Below the pieces are notes generated by a model, which saw only the letters and a program-made list of their open reading frames with translations, did no database searches and had not been told where the DNA came from. Position numbers and translations under genes: made by a program. Below, in pieces: positions 1-10,392 of a stretch of 64,000 nucleotides of DNA. Position 1 is the stretch's first letter. Each line of letters starts with the position of its first letter. The stretch covers positions 3,424,001-3,488,000 of the forward strand of contig OZ241917.1 of NCBI GenBank assembly GCA_965203805.1, given 5' to 3'. The stretch comes from Candidatus Latescibacterota bacterium. Lineage in GTDB: Bacteria > Latescibacterota > UBA2968 > GCA-2709665.

Positions 1-1833
1 GTGTTGTTCCATAAGCGTGGGTACTTCATCCGGGTCGCCGGTCGTCACCGGCACGAAGCCGACCTTCGACAGGGCTTCCCGAACGTTGCGCAATGTCTGC
101 GGGTCGTCGTCCACAACCAGGATGGATGTTCGAATGTGCCGCCCGGAGCGTCCATCACCGGCGTCCGATTCCGACCGGATCCGGGGACTATCTCCTGCGT
201 TCTCCGCAATGGGCAGGGTAAACGTCACACTCGTTCCCCGACCCACGCCATCGCTTTCAACCCGTATCCGGCCTCCGTGCGCTTCGACGATGCCCTTGCA
301 GATGGACAGGCCCCAGCCGGATCCCCCCTCCTTGCCGTGTCCCTCCTCCACGTCGTGCAGCGCCATTCTCCGGCAGAGGCGCGGCAGGCGTTCTGCAGAA
401 ATTCCGCGCCCCCTGTCAACCACGCGGAACGCCACGTGCATCCCCTCGTGCGAGGCCGTAATCCGCAGCGGTGAGTTTTCCGGTGAATGCCGGTCCGCGT
501 TCAAGAGCAGGTTTACCAGAACCTGAGCGATACGCCTCCGGTCCGCGTTCACCGGCGGAAGCTCGTGCGCCAGCTCGATCAGCACGTCGTTCTTGCCGCC
601 GCCGCTTGCAAACGTCTCCCGCGCCCGGTCCACCAGTGCGGTAACCGGCATGGGTTCGGGATTGACCTGAAGGGTTCCCGTCCGGATGCGCGCAACGTCC
701 ATCAGGTCGTTGACCAGGCCGCTCATCTGATCCGCGTGTTGGTTGATGATGCGGAAAAACTGGAGCATCTCGGACCGTTCCAGAGCAAGACTGTCACCCA
801 AAACCGTCGCGGCGGAGCCCTTGATGGCGGCAAGAGGCGCCCTCAGCTCGTGGCTTACGATGCCTAGAAAATCGGATCGCTGCTGTTCCAATTCCTGCAG
901 AAACGTCATGTCCTGTACCGTCACGACAAGAGATGCGACAGCGCCGTCCTCATCCGACATGATCGGGGTAATGTTGAGCAGGGCCGTGACCCGGTCGCCG
1001 TGGGGACCCTCGATGGTGATTTCTTCGGCGCGCACCAACTCGCCGCTGCCAAGCACCTTTGTCGCGGATAACTGTGCCGAAGACAGCTCACGCCCGTCGG
1101 CGCGGCGAACCCTGACCGCTTTCAGGAAATCTCCAAGGGTACGACTCTCCAACTTCAGGACCTGCATGAGCCGCGCCGACTCGCGGTTGGACGAGATCAA
1201 GTCTCCGGTCCTGGCGTTGAAGACCGTGACACTCACGGGAGAGGTCCTGATCAGCGCTTCGAGATCCGCTCTGGCCCGCTGTTCGTCGCGGTATCGCCGC
1301 ACGTTGGTTATGGCCAACGCCGAAAATGAGGCGAACATCACCAGCGTCTCTTCGTCTTCCGGTGTGAACGCCCTGCCTCCTTCCTTCTCCGCCAGAAAGA
1401 AAGTCCCGACCCGCTCGCCGCGGTGGCGGATCGGCACGGTCAGAAACGTCAGCGAAGAACTCACCGGCATTGGCGGTCGGAACCCGGACAGACCCAAACA
1501 ACGAACATGCCTGTTCAAATCCTGCAACCGCAGCGGTTCCTCGGTCAAACCGAGGTGTTTAAAGAGTTCTTCGTTATCCGGCTCCGTCCGTATCTGTTGC
1601 GCTTGACCGGGAGACAGCCCGGAAATCAGGCAGTTCTGCGTCCGCTCCCCGTCTTCCACCAGTGTCATCATCCCGTATCGGGCTTCCGTCAATGACCGGG
1701 CGCTGTCCAGGACGCTTTGCAAGACCGCCGTGAAATCCGGGTTTTCGTTGATTTGCAAAAACGCCTTGCCCATGCGGGTCAGGCGTTGTCGCAGTTGTTC
1801 GACCTCTCGTTCATCGTCCCTTGCTGAACGCAT
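1..1833 (-). CDS. Hybrid sensor histidine kinase (GAF-PAS-HisKA-HATPase-REC), 3' end beyond window
   Basis: Not in ORF track (no stop in window). Manual minus-strand translation from ATG 1833 (GGAGG upstream): MRSARDDEREVEQLRQR..., H-box VSHELRAPL, G-box GSGWGLSICKGIVEAHGG, receiver ILVVDDD. Confidence 0.92.
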   Translation of the reverse strand, partial: MRSARDDEREVEQLRQRLTRMGKAFLQINENPDFTAVLQSVLDSARSLTEARYGMMTLVEDGERTQNCLISGLSPGQAQQIRTEPDNEELFKHLGLTEEPLRLQDLNRHVRCLGLSGFRPPMPVSSSLTFLTVPIRHRGERVGTFFLAEKEGGRAFTPEDEETLVMFASFSALAITNVRRYRDEQRARADLEALIRTSPVSVTVFNARTGDLISSNRESARLMQVLKLESRTLGDFLKAVRVRRADGRELSSAQLSATKVLGSGELVRAEEITIEGPHGDRVTALLNITPIMSDEDGAVASLVVTVQDMTFLQELEQQRSDFLGIVSHELRAPLAAIKGSAATVLGDSLALERSEMLQFFRIINQHADQMSGLVNDLMDVARIRTGTLQVNPEPMPVTALVDRARETFASGGGKNDVLIELAHELPPVNADRRRIAQVLVNLLLNADRHSPENSPLRITASHEGMHVAFRVVDRGRGISAERLPRLCRRMALHDVEEGHGKEGGSGWGLSICKGIVEAHGGRIRVESDGVGRGTSVTFTLPIAENAGDSPRIRSESDAGDGRSGRHIRTSILVVDDDPQTLRNVREALSKVGFVPVTTGDPDEVPTLMEQH

Positions 1834-2248
1834 CCAATTCCTCCCGCCACGGCGGCGCGCCTCCCGTCCGGCCAAGTCTTCAGCAGACGGTTAAGGCGAT
1901 CTCCCGCGTCTACCCCTCTGATCCACAGACATCCCCACCCGGTGAAATTCCACTTATAAAGCACTGATACAGGTCGAAATACCACAGCAGCGTCACGCAT
2001 AGGCATGTTATATTGGTAATAAAAGACAAAGCGTGGCGTTGCGGTCGCGACAGGTCTGTTCATGCGTGATGGAACTGCGGAGGCAATATAACAATTTCTT
2101 ATTCTACATGTCAATTCGACCTGCACGCAGCGATCGGCTCTCTCACTTTTCGATAAAAAAACGGAAGATGGACGTCCGCGAATTCGCGCCAACACCCTGT
2201 GCCGGCTGGTTCGGAACGCCCGATCCTGAACTGCGAGAAGGGTCTTGA

Positions 2249-2499
2249 TAGCCTGAATAATTCACTAAACATGAACTTACATGGATGGACAGGATGAACA
2301 GGATAAAGACCAGGAGCAGGACAAATACTCACGATTCCGGGCCAAACCGATGGATCCGTACCTCCGTGGGCAACGAAACATCACCCTGACCAATCACTAT
2401 CGTAATTCATGAAATGCTGACGCGTAATATTTCGCAGAATCTATTGAAAAACAATCCTTTATACATCAAAACCAGGGTTTTCGTGAATAATACACCATA
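2249..2499. mobile_element. MITE-like element family A, copy 1
   Basis: Close match to 8516-8794; imperfect terminal IRs TAGCCTGAATAATTCAC / GTGAATAATACACCATA, TA at both ends; no transposase. Confidence 0.75.
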
Positions 2500-2511
2500 G
2501 GAGGTAACGCC

Positions 2512-3123
2512 ATGAAGTACCGAAATGGTCTCATGTTGTTGGGAGCAGTCGTCGTTTTCCTGCTGGGCCGTGCGGTAGCTGAGGAGGAAATGCTTTCCGT
2601 CCGCAATATCCAAATCGTCAATGGGGCTGGCGAGCCGGTCGTTGTTCTGGGTGTTGACGATCAGGGCCGCGGACAGATCTTCATTAACTCCGAGAATTCG
2701 GGACAAACCGTAATCGGTTTTCATGAAGGTCCGGTTATTCAACAAGATACGGCGGACGGTCTCTCGACACATCTGACAGGCGGCGGCGGCTTCGCACACC
2801 TGAATGAGGAATCAATCGACGTTGTCACCCTGGGCTTGAATGACGAGGGGACGGCGAGTCTGCGCCTGGGCGGTCACAACGGCGGGGTGAGTATCAACTC
2901 AAGAGAAGTCGCAGTGAACACCTTTGGTGAAATGGGAGATTTGCAGAACCTGGCGGTCGCGGGAACAAATGCGCAGGGTGACGGGATCTTCAAGAGTTAT
3001 ACATCCGACGGCGCGCCCGCGTGGGCAAGCGACGGATTGGTGGGGGACCTCAACGCGGACGGCGAGGTGGATTTTTCTGACTTTACCATTTTCGCGAGGC
3101 AGTTCGGGAAGTCGAGGCAATAA
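2512..3123 (+). CDS. Secreted protein with C-terminal dockerin-like EF-hand motif
   Basis: GGAGG RBS, signal peptide, C-terminal GDLNADGEVDFSDFTIFARQFGK. Confidence 0.85.
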   Translation: MKYRNGLMLLGAVVVFLLGRAVAEEEMLSVRNIQIVNGAGEPVVVLGVDDQGRGQIFINSENSGQTVIGFHEGPVIQQDTADGLSTHLTGGGGFAHLNEESIDVVTLGLNDEGTASLRLGGHNGGVSINSREVAVNTFGEMGDLQNLAVAGTNAQGDGIFKSYTSDGAPAWASDGLVGDLNADGEVDFSDFTIFARQFGKSRQ

Positions 3124-3411
3124 GCGCGTGCTCATCGATCGCAAGAAAGCCTGCAGCCTGTCTGCAACCTGATCGGCGGGGCCGGCAGGGGCTATGGATT
3201 GGAATCGGACAAGCGGGGGTATGCGGATGACGCGGACTCACTATCTGTTTCGCATGACAAACAAAGGGGGCTGAATGAAGGGACTCGATTGATTGCGTTA
3301 CCTGGCAATGGCTGAACCGGTTGCCGCCGTCGTGCTTCTTGCCCGCCGGTTGTCGCGCAAGAACATAGGGTGAATCCGAAAAGCCCAGGATGACTGATTC
3401 AGGTCACTTTA

Positions 3412-5214
3412 GTGACGATATCTTTCAAGGGGGGAACTGCAATGATCAAATTTGGTAAACTGTTCACTTCGGCATCCATGATTCCGGTTGTCTTCCTCTT
3501 CGTGCTGAGCGGCATTTTTTGCGGTACGCGCCACGCCGCGGCGCAGTCCCAGGAAGTTTGTATTCTCCCTGCCGGAGTGACGCCTCCCGCCGATCCGGAC
3601 GTAACGGCGCAACAGGTGGAAGACGGCAGCGCTACACTCAGGGAATTTGCGCTGTCCGCAAGAAACAATTATTGGGTACTGCATGGGGAATTTGATGAGT
3701 CACCCTACCTTACGCTGCACCTCCAATGTCTTACCAGGCAGGAAGGCAGCGCCTACCGTTCCGGTTCCACTTATCTTGTGTACATAGGGCCTGACGGCAG
3801 AGTCTTTCAACACGGGAAAGACATGGCATTGTCAGGCAGGCTGATCAAACCCGCAATTCATTTCGCAATCCTTCGGGCGTTGGGAATCAACCCTTCCGAC
3901 CTGGCCGATCACGCTTCCGCAGCCGCCGCTTTCGCGTCCATCGCAGACGGGGACGGCGGACCGTTTAACGTTCCGGATATTCCCGGCGCTTCCGGTTATG
4001 CCGTTCCGTTTTCAGCTTCGAATTTCTGGTTGGTCGGGTTCGACCTCGATGAAACTCACCTGATTCCCATTGCCGATGAAAACGTTGACTACGGCAACCC
4101 GTCCGTCACTGCCAGTGACGTCGTAGACCGCGAAAGCCTGAAGGCATTCGTTACAGCAGCGCAGGATCACATTCTCTCGTTGACCGACTTGAGCGCCCTC
4201 TCAAAAGTCAGGATTGCCTTCCGGGATGAGAACGGACCCTGGCGGCACGGTTCCGTGTATCTGTACGTCCTTGATACCGCTAGAAACGTCATCATGTTTC
4301 ACGCGGTTTTCCCGAACAGATTCGAGCTGAAGCCTCTGATACCGACGGTACGAGACGCGGTTACCGGAGAGCTCGTTCTGCCGCAGGTTATCGAAGCGGC
4401 GAAGAGCAGCCCGGAAGGCGGGTTTTTGGAATATTACTGGGATGATCCAACGGACGATACAGATCGCGCCGACGTCCCCAAAGTGGGTTATGCCCGCGAA
4501 TTCAGCGTTGCGGGATTACACCTCATCATTGGATCGGGTTTCTATGGGCGCGCCGCCGACGTCGGCCCGGGTCCCAGCACGGTCGTTGAGGCCACGGTCG
4601 TGGGAGACGCCGTCGAGGGGCTGACCGTCGAATTTTCCCGCGCTGTATCGGGCCGCCCGTCCAACTGGGCATGGAACACCGTGACCGATGCCGCCGGGCT
4701 GTTTTCCCTCTCCATTTCCGATATGGGCGGCGTAAGCGGCTACTATCGGGCCCGGGCTACCAACGCCGAAGGCGAAGTTGTGGGCAGTTGGAGCAGCATT
4801 GCGCTCAATCGCAATCATCGCCAGGTCCTGGAACTGACATTGGGCGGCGGCGCAAGGGTTGTGCGCGTCCAACCGTTGGCCGCATCCAGTCCCGAGGCCG
4901 CGGCCAAGCCCGCGTTCGCGGCGGAGACCTTGCCGGAAGCCAGCGGTCTGTTGCCGAATTCGCCCAATCCCTTCAACAGCGCCACACTGATCACGTACCA
5001 ACTGTCCAGCGCGGGTCCTGTGAAGCTGGTAATCTACAATGTACTGGGCCAGCCTGTGCGGACGCTGGTAAACGAGTCTCAGGCCAAGGGCTTATATCAA
5101 ATTCGTTGGGATGCGCGTAACCAGGCGGGCGTTTCGCTGTCGACGGGGGTGTACGTTGCCCGGCTGAGTTATCCGGGCGGCGTGGCGACGCAGCGGTTGC
5201 TCTACCTCAAGTGA
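3412..5214 (+). CDS. Secreted Cache-like domain protein with FlgD-Ig/T9SS-type C-terminal domain (start may be 3442)
   Basis: Signal peptide; Cache-like segments (GSVYLYVLD...GGFLEYYWDDP...KVGYAREF); tail PNSPNPFNSAT...IYNVLGQPVRTL...GVYVARL. Confidence 0.85.
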   Translation: MTISFKGGTAMIKFGKLFTSASMIPVVFLFVLSGIFCGTRHAAAQSQEVCILPAGVTPPADPDVTAQQVEDGSATLREFALSARNNYWVLHGEFDESPYLTLHLQCLTRQEGSAYRSGSTYLVYIGPDGRVFQHGKDMALSGRLIKPAIHFAILRALGINPSDLADHASAAAAFASIADGDGGPFNVPDIPGASGYAVPFSASNFWLVGFDLDETHLIPIADENVDYGNPSVTASDVVDRESLKAFVTAAQDHILSLTDLSALSKVRIAFRDENGPWRHGSVYLYVLDTARNVIMFHAVFPNRFELKPLIPTVRDAVTGELVLPQVIEAAKSSPEGGFLEYYWDDPTDDTDRADVPKVGYAREFSVAGLHLIIGSGFYGRAADVGPGPSTVVEATVVGDAVEGLTVEFSRAVSGRPSNWAWNTVTDAAGLFSLSISDMGGVSGYYRARATNAEGEVVGSWSSIALNRNHRQVLELTLGGGARVVRVQPLAASSPEAAAKPAFAAETLPEASGLLPNSPNPFNSATLITYQLSSAGPVKLVIYNVLGQPVRTLVNESQAKGLYQIRWDARNQAGVSLSTGVYVARLSYPGGVATQRLLYLK

Positions 5215-5330
5215 TGGCTCAGAACCGGAAACCAGGGAATGAGTAATCGATATTTTCCGCAATCTCTCCGGGTCGTGATGTATTACGGAATGAATCGGCG
5301 GACCCGCGAATTCTCCGGTCCTGCCGGAGC

Positions 5331-8300
5331 CTATTTTCTTCTCCCGTCCAATCCGTCCATCCTGATTGTGGCGACACCGCGGGTCGCTTCGTGGAAATTG
5401 TAGGTGCGCCCGTCGCCGTCCTCCGCCTCCATGGAGAACCAGGACACATCGGCGCTTACCGCATCCAACTGCTCACGAGTGGCGGGATGGTCCCGATCGA
5501 TGAGAAAGATTGCCGCGGCGCGGAAATCCTTCTGCGATTCGGTGAGACGGGGGTTCCGCACCCCGTACTCCCGCACGACGTCTTCGATCGTATAGGTCCT
5601 GATTCCCGTTGCGGTAAACACGGGTAACCCGTTTTCCAGAACCGGCCGCCCGTCCTGCCGCAGCCAGGAGGCGCCCTCTGCAACCAGCAGGTCCGGGACC
5701 CGGTCTGCTGCCAGGAAGCCTGCCAGGTATAATTCGATGGGACTGTAGGTCACGGTGTTATCCGCATATCCGGCCGTCACAACGTGGCCGGCCGTATAAC
5801 GGCCGTTGCCGAGTTCTACCAGGTCCTCGGCCGCGAATCCTCCCAGTTGTCCGTTTGCGCTGCTGAACCCCCAGTGTCCGCCGAACCCGGTGACGACGAC
5901 GTAGGCCGCCCATTGATGCATCAACTCGTGCAGCATCGGCCCATTTCTGATCCCGTCCCGCTCCTTCAGAAACAGAACACCTTTCAACATGCCGTTCGAA
6001 CCGAAGGTCCGTTCTTCATCCGAATGAAGCTGCAGGCCGATGCCGCGCACATGATTGCTGATCGGATAATTAGCCCCCAAAAAGGGATATTGCCCTTCGC
6101 CGGCGTGCAGATTGACAATGATAAACAGGAAGTCGAATTCGTCTCTGAAGCCTCCGTAAAAATCGTTTACGACTTCTCTCAGCCTGTCGCCGGTGAAGGA
6201 AGCAAAGGTCCTGAGATCGACCCCGGGCACGGGAACGACAAACACATTGTCGTTGTAAACCTGCGGTTCGGAATTGACCGTAATCAGGACTTCGTCGTAC
6301 AGGATGCGCACGCTTCTCGCCTGCAATGCCGGGATGTGTTCACGTATCGAGGTCTCGTTGAGCGGATTGCCCTTGAGATCGATCCTATCGCCCGCGCCCG
6401 TCAAGCCCGCGTTGGCAACCAGGGGCGAGATATCCGCTATTTCGTTTTGCCGGAGATTGACAATATCCAGTCGCGTCAGCCCCGCCAGTGGCGACAGACC
6501 CGTGATGAAGTTTGACGCCACGTCGAGTTCCCGCAGGTTTGCCAGCGATGCCAGCGGGGATATGTCGGACAGGCCGCTGCCGATGAAAAAGAGGCTCTCG
6601 AGATGGACCAATCCCGATAGGTGCGTGACAGCCGACGCGTGGTCCGCAAATCCCAGGTATAGCCTCTTAAGATTCGTCAGAGAGGCAAGCGCCGAGAAAT
6701 CCGTAACGGGGGTACTCTGCAGGTGCAGGTCCTCCAGAGCGGTAAGCCCGGTCAGCGCGGAAATTCCGCCGGAAGCGTCGCTGATCGGATTACCGTTGAT
6801 CCACAATATTCTGAGTCCGGTCAGGCCGGACAACGGAGAGATATCGCTGATGCGGTTGTAACCGAGATACAGGTGCTTCAGGTTGACCGCGTGTTGCAAG
6901 CCTTCCAGGTTCGCTATATTCGGATCGCCAGACCCAGTGGCCAGGCCTGTCAGCGAAGCCATTTCCTCGGCGTAAATTGGGGACTGTGAGCCCTTTTTCC
7001 CGAGAGCGGCCGCCAGAACGGAACGCAGGCCGCTGTCGGGGACGGCGATTTCACCCGTTGCCAGCGGGGTTCCTTCGGCCGGCGGCGACCAATCGCCGGC
7101 CCCCTCATCGCTGAGCGCGCGTACGCGCACGTAATAGGCCTTTTCGTTTGTCAGGCCCGTGAGAACGACGCTGGTATCCGCGGAATCCTCAGTGATCGGT
7201 CCCGGCGTCCAGTTCGCGTTGTCACTTCGGCGATACGAGACCTCGTATCCGATCACCGGGGGCTTGCCCGCTTCCCCGGGCGCCGCTTCCCATAAGATCG
7301 TCAGTGAACGGTAACCGGGTTTTGCGACAACTATTGCGCGCGGCGCCGAGGGGGGCTCGTCAACGTCAGTGACGGCTATGCCCACGCCAATGGAAGCGCG
7401 TCCCCCGCGTCCGTCGCTGGCGCGGACGTTTACCGAGAATCTCTCGCGCGCTTCATGGTCGTAGAAGATTCCCTCCTTCGTCCTGATCTGCCCCGTGGCT
7501 GCATCGATCGCGAAGTGCTCCGCGTCCGCGCCCCAGAGACTGTACGTCAACGTATCGCCGTCGGGGTCCCGGGCTGAGACCGGACCGCTGACCGGCCTTC
7601 CCGCGGGGGTGTTCTCGGGAACGGAACGGGTTACGGGCGGCGCCAGCGCGAAATTCGGCGCGCGATTGACCTCTTTGCCAAAGCTCCCGGCAAAGATCAC
7701 GAAATCTCCGAAGCCGACGTGGCCGTCTCCGTTCAGGTCGTATTTCGCCTCATATTTTCCGCTTCCCATCTCACGTCCGAACGCGCCGGCAAACAGGATG
7801 AAGTCGGCAAAACCCACGAGGCCGCTTCCGTCGAAATCCGCGGAAGGCGGCGCTGCACGGTGCAGGGCGACGCTGAGTGCGGGGACCAGAACCTCAATGC
7901 GATCCCTCCGGAGCAACTCTGTCCGGAACAGCCGGATCTCCGCTTCGGAAAACGCCTGGGTCACCCGAAAGCGCACGGTACCGATCAGGCCCGCGTTCAT
8001 CATTGCCGCTCGTCCAGGGGAGGAGAGCAGCCCGACCCAGACCCTTGCGGAATCCCATTCCGAAATCACAACTGCGCCGGGAAGGGCGGCGCCGCCTGCA
8101 TCGAAGCCTTCGTAGACCACCTGGATCGGGTCGTATTCGAAGTGCGCCTTAAAAAGGCTCGCGTCTTGTATCCCGGTACCGAAAACCTGAACGGCCACGA
8201 GCCGGCCGGCAGACACGTCGAGTGAAGAAACGGCCTGATTGCCATCGGCATCGTCCAGGTCCAGCGAGACGGTGTACGTGTCGGCAAAGGAGGATGCCGA

Positions 8301-8471
8301 CAACGGGTAGAGCAGCAGTACGAGGACCAGCAGACAAAAGGCGGCGGACGCACGGCCCGCGCATCGGGAACGGTGTTTGACACGCCCCGGTCGTCGGGTG
8401 TGTCGAAAACCGAAGGGATTGAATCGGCCGCAAGGGCGTGCGTTTACAACGTCAGGGAGTCTGTTTTCCAC
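5331..8471 (-). CDS. Multidomain surface protein: dockerin-like EF-hands, cadherin, FN3, internalin-type LRRs, HExxH domain
   Basis: DFDGSGLVGFADF and DLNGDGHVGFGDF; SVPENT...ARDPDGD...YDHE; YYVRVRA...GDWS; LxxLxLxxNxIxDISPL repeats; LHELMH. Confidence 0.9.
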   Translation of the reverse strand: MENRLPDVVNARPCGRFNPFGFRHTRRPGRVKHRSRCAGRASAAFCLLVLVLLLYPLSASSFADTYTVSLDLDDADGNQAVSSLDVSAGRLVAVQVFGTGIQDASLFKAHFEYDPIQVVYEGFDAGGAALPGAVVISEWDSARVWVGLLSSPGRAAMMNAGLIGTVRFRVTQAFSEAEIRLFRTELLRRDRIEVLVPALSVALHRAAPPSADFDGSGLVGFADFILFAGAFGREMGSGKYEAKYDLNGDGHVGFGDFVIFAGSFGKEVNRAPNFALAPPVTRSVPENTPAGRPVSGPVSARDPDGDTLTYSLWGADAEHFAIDAATGQIRTKEGIFYDHEARERFSVNVRASDGRGGRASIGVGIAVTDVDEPPSAPRAIVVAKPGYRSLTILWEAAPGEAGKPPVIGYEVSYRRSDNANWTPGPITEDSADTSVVLTGLTNEKAYYVRVRALSDEGAGDWSPPAEGTPLATGEIAVPDSGLRSVLAAALGKKGSQSPIYAEEMASLTGLATGSGDPNIANLEGLQHAVNLKHLYLGYNRISDISPLSGLTGLRILWINGNPISDASGGISALTGLTALEDLHLQSTPVTDFSALASLTNLKRLYLGFADHASAVTHLSGLVHLESLFFIGSGLSDISPLASLANLRELDVASNFITGLSPLAGLTRLDIVNLRQNEIADISPLVANAGLTGAGDRIDLKGNPLNETSIREHIPALQARSVRILYDEVLITVNSEPQVYNDNVFVVPVPGVDLRTFASFTGDRLREVVNDFYGGFRDEFDFLFIIVNLHAGEGQYPFLGANYPISNHVRGIGLQLHSDEERTFGSNGMLKGVLFLKERDGIRNGPMLHELMHQWAAYVVVTGFGGHWGFSSANGQLGGFAAEDLVELGNGRYTAGHVVTAGYADNTVTYSPIELYLAGFLAADRVPDLLVAEGASWLRQDGRPVLENGLPVFTATGIRTYTIEDVVREYGVRNPRLTESQKDFRAAAIFLIDRDHPATREQLDAVSADVSWFSMEAEDGDGRTYNFHEATRGVATIRMDGLDGRRK

Positions 8472-8515
8472 CGGGTTCTGAGGCCTTTGCTATCGGATTT
8501 CGCTTGCCGGGAACA

Positions 8516-8794
8516 TAGCCTGAATAATTCACCTAAACATGAACTAACATGGATGGACCTGCCTGCTGAAGCAGGCGAGGCAGGCAGGATGAACAGGATA
8601 AAGACCAAGAGCAGGACAAATGTTCACGATTCCGGGCCAAACCGATGGATCCTTGCCTCGGTGGGCTACAAAACATCTCCCTGACCAATCAATTTCATAA
8701 TTCATGAAATGCTGACGCGTGATATTTCGCAGAATCTATTGAAAAACAACCCGTTATACATCAAAACCAGGGTTTTCGTGAATAATCCACCATA
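8516..8794. mobile_element. MITE-like element family A, copy 2 (carries 27-bp hairpin insertion 8558-8584)
   Basis: Colinear with 2249-2499 apart from substitutions, a 1-bp indel and the 27-bp insert. Confidence 0.75.
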
Positions 8795-8988
8795 GAAGCT
8801 ACTTAGAAAATAACATTGGAAACTACGAAACACGCGAAAAAAACGAAAAAACCGTGGCTGATATTAATTGCCACAAGACGCGCAAAACCACAATGTTGCA
8901 GGTCAGCCTGGCAATGCAACGGTTTTCATCATTATGGGTGCCCCAAAGGGGCATGACAACTGTTTTAAAACTCCCAGCGGTCTTCGCG

Positions 8989-9015
8989 CCTGCCTGCTGC
9001 CGCAGGCAAGGCAGG
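8989..9015. repeat. 27-bp CCTGCC...GGCAGG hairpin element
   Basis: cctgcctgctgccgcaggcaaggcagg, nearly identical to 8558-8584. Confidence 0.7.
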
Positions 9016-9839
9016 CGGCTGCAGCCGTCTTCTGTTGAGAATTTCACGTAAAGACCATCCACTGTCAAGATGCCTGGCCCGTTGCGCACGACGCGGGCGG
9101 GCGGGAGAGGTTGTGGCGCCATCCGGACCACGAGGTTGTGCGCCGCACACGCCTCCGCCTGTAATGACCGGATGGACCGCAGGACGACGACCGGGTTCGC
9201 ACGGAGGAGCACCGGTCCAGGGTCGCCCGTTGCGGTCTTTCAACACGCTTTTGACGGTCCATCCGGCGTTTCGGGAGGTCGAGTCTCGACGGTATGATCT
9301 CATTGCCATCGAATAGCTTGCGGCATATCTTGCCCGAGCGAGAAAGACAAAAGGGCGGCAGGACAACGGCAGCTCCCAAAGGAGAACGTAAGGGGGCGCC
9401 GCCATTGGTTGCCCTTGGCGCCGGGTATGTCGTGCGCGTTTGACCGCCCTGGCCGCAGGACGATTTCGTCGACGGCGGCGCGTTGGGCCCCCCTCCTCGG
9501 CATCCGGGAGAGCCATCCGCCCGATGGAAGGCGGCACGGAATCATCTTCGGACTTCGCTCAGGCCTTCCGTCGAGGCGTAGCGCCGGGAATCCGGCCGCC
9601 GGTTCTTACCATCCTGGTGTGGCTGCTTCTCTATCTTACATCGCCCCGGTCGTCTTTCGCCGAGAGCAAAGTTTCATTTTCGACAAATTGAAGGGGCTGT
9701 TGCGAGTGAAACCGCGCGCACGGTCCTTTCTCAATCAAATTTAGCATTCTATGCGCGACACTTCTGTGGTATTTCGATCTCTATCAGTGATGCATGAGTG
9801 AAATATCGCCAATTATTCGACAGGTGGCGGGTACGGGGA

Positions 9840-9868
9840 TTGACAATTCGTGTGAATCGGTTTAATGT
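9840..9868 (+). promoter_or_regulatory. Putative sigma70 promoter of Cys-rich gene 1
   Basis: TTGACA-N17-TAATGT; aligns with the promoter of the paralog at 11704-11732. Confidence 0.55.
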
Positions 9869-9908
9869 ACGAATAACCCAGGGATTCTTTTCCACAAGGA
9901 GGCATCAA

Positions 9909-10124
9909 ATGGCTACTCCGTTTAAGTGGTACTGTTGCCGCTACATGCTTCGGGTTGTTTGTGTTGATCTCAGTTTCGCCGATACGCTCGCCAATGTATT
10001 TCACCGGTGCAGTGACAGATGCTACAAGCCGGACCGTCCAGGTCGATTGTGTGAGAAGGACAGTTGCGTAAATCCGAGAAAGCTGCAAGGAATACCGAAG
10101 ACGATTCATAAACATTACGCGTGA
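9909..10124 (+). CDS. Small Cys-rich protein, 71 aa (paralog 1), function unknown
   Basis: AAGGAGG RBS before ATG 9909; MATPFKWYCCRY...; 43/70 identities, ungapped, to 11466-11678 by hand count. Confidence 0.8.
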   Translation: MATPFKWYCCRYMLRVVCVDLSFADTLANVFHRCSDRCYKPDRPGRLCEKDSCVNPRKLQGIPKTIHKHYA

Positions 10125-10157
10125 GCGCCGTCGCGGCCACGAGATCCAGGCAAAATT

Positions 10158-10192
10158 CAACCCCAGGGTTCAACAACCCGGGGGTTGTTCTT
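10158..10192 (+). terminator. Hairpin terminator after Cys-rich gene 1
   Basis: caaccccagggtt-caac-aacccgggggttg followed by ttctt. Confidence 0.6.
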
Positions 10193-10330
10193 GTGATCCG
10201 TTTTGCGGATGCGCCCGTACGCCTGAAGCATTCCAACGTCCGGGTGGGCCGCGGCTGAACGAACTGAGCCCATCGGCGCAGGAGGTCCGATCAGGGTCTA
10301 CCTGTCATTCCCGATCTCAAAACTGCATTA

Positions 10331-10359
10331 TTGATTATTGTCGCGATAGCTGTGACAAT
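10331..10359 (+). promoter_or_regulatory. Putative promoter and palindromic operator of WYL gene
   Basis: TTGATT-N17-GACAAT overlapped by inverted repeat ATTGTCGC-N7-GTGACAAT (10337-10359). Confidence 0.55.
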
Positions 10360-10392
10360 CCTGTTGTACATTTCCACGGATGAAGATTTCAG

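Noticed and set aside
1-1695. Plus-strand ORFs (1-474, 487-867, 743-1606 and others)
   Set aside because: Antisense shadows of the minus-strand histidine kinase.
3305-3410. c-di-AMP (ydaO) riboswitch suggested by gctgaa...gggtgaatcc
   Set aside because: The remaining conserved elements are absent.
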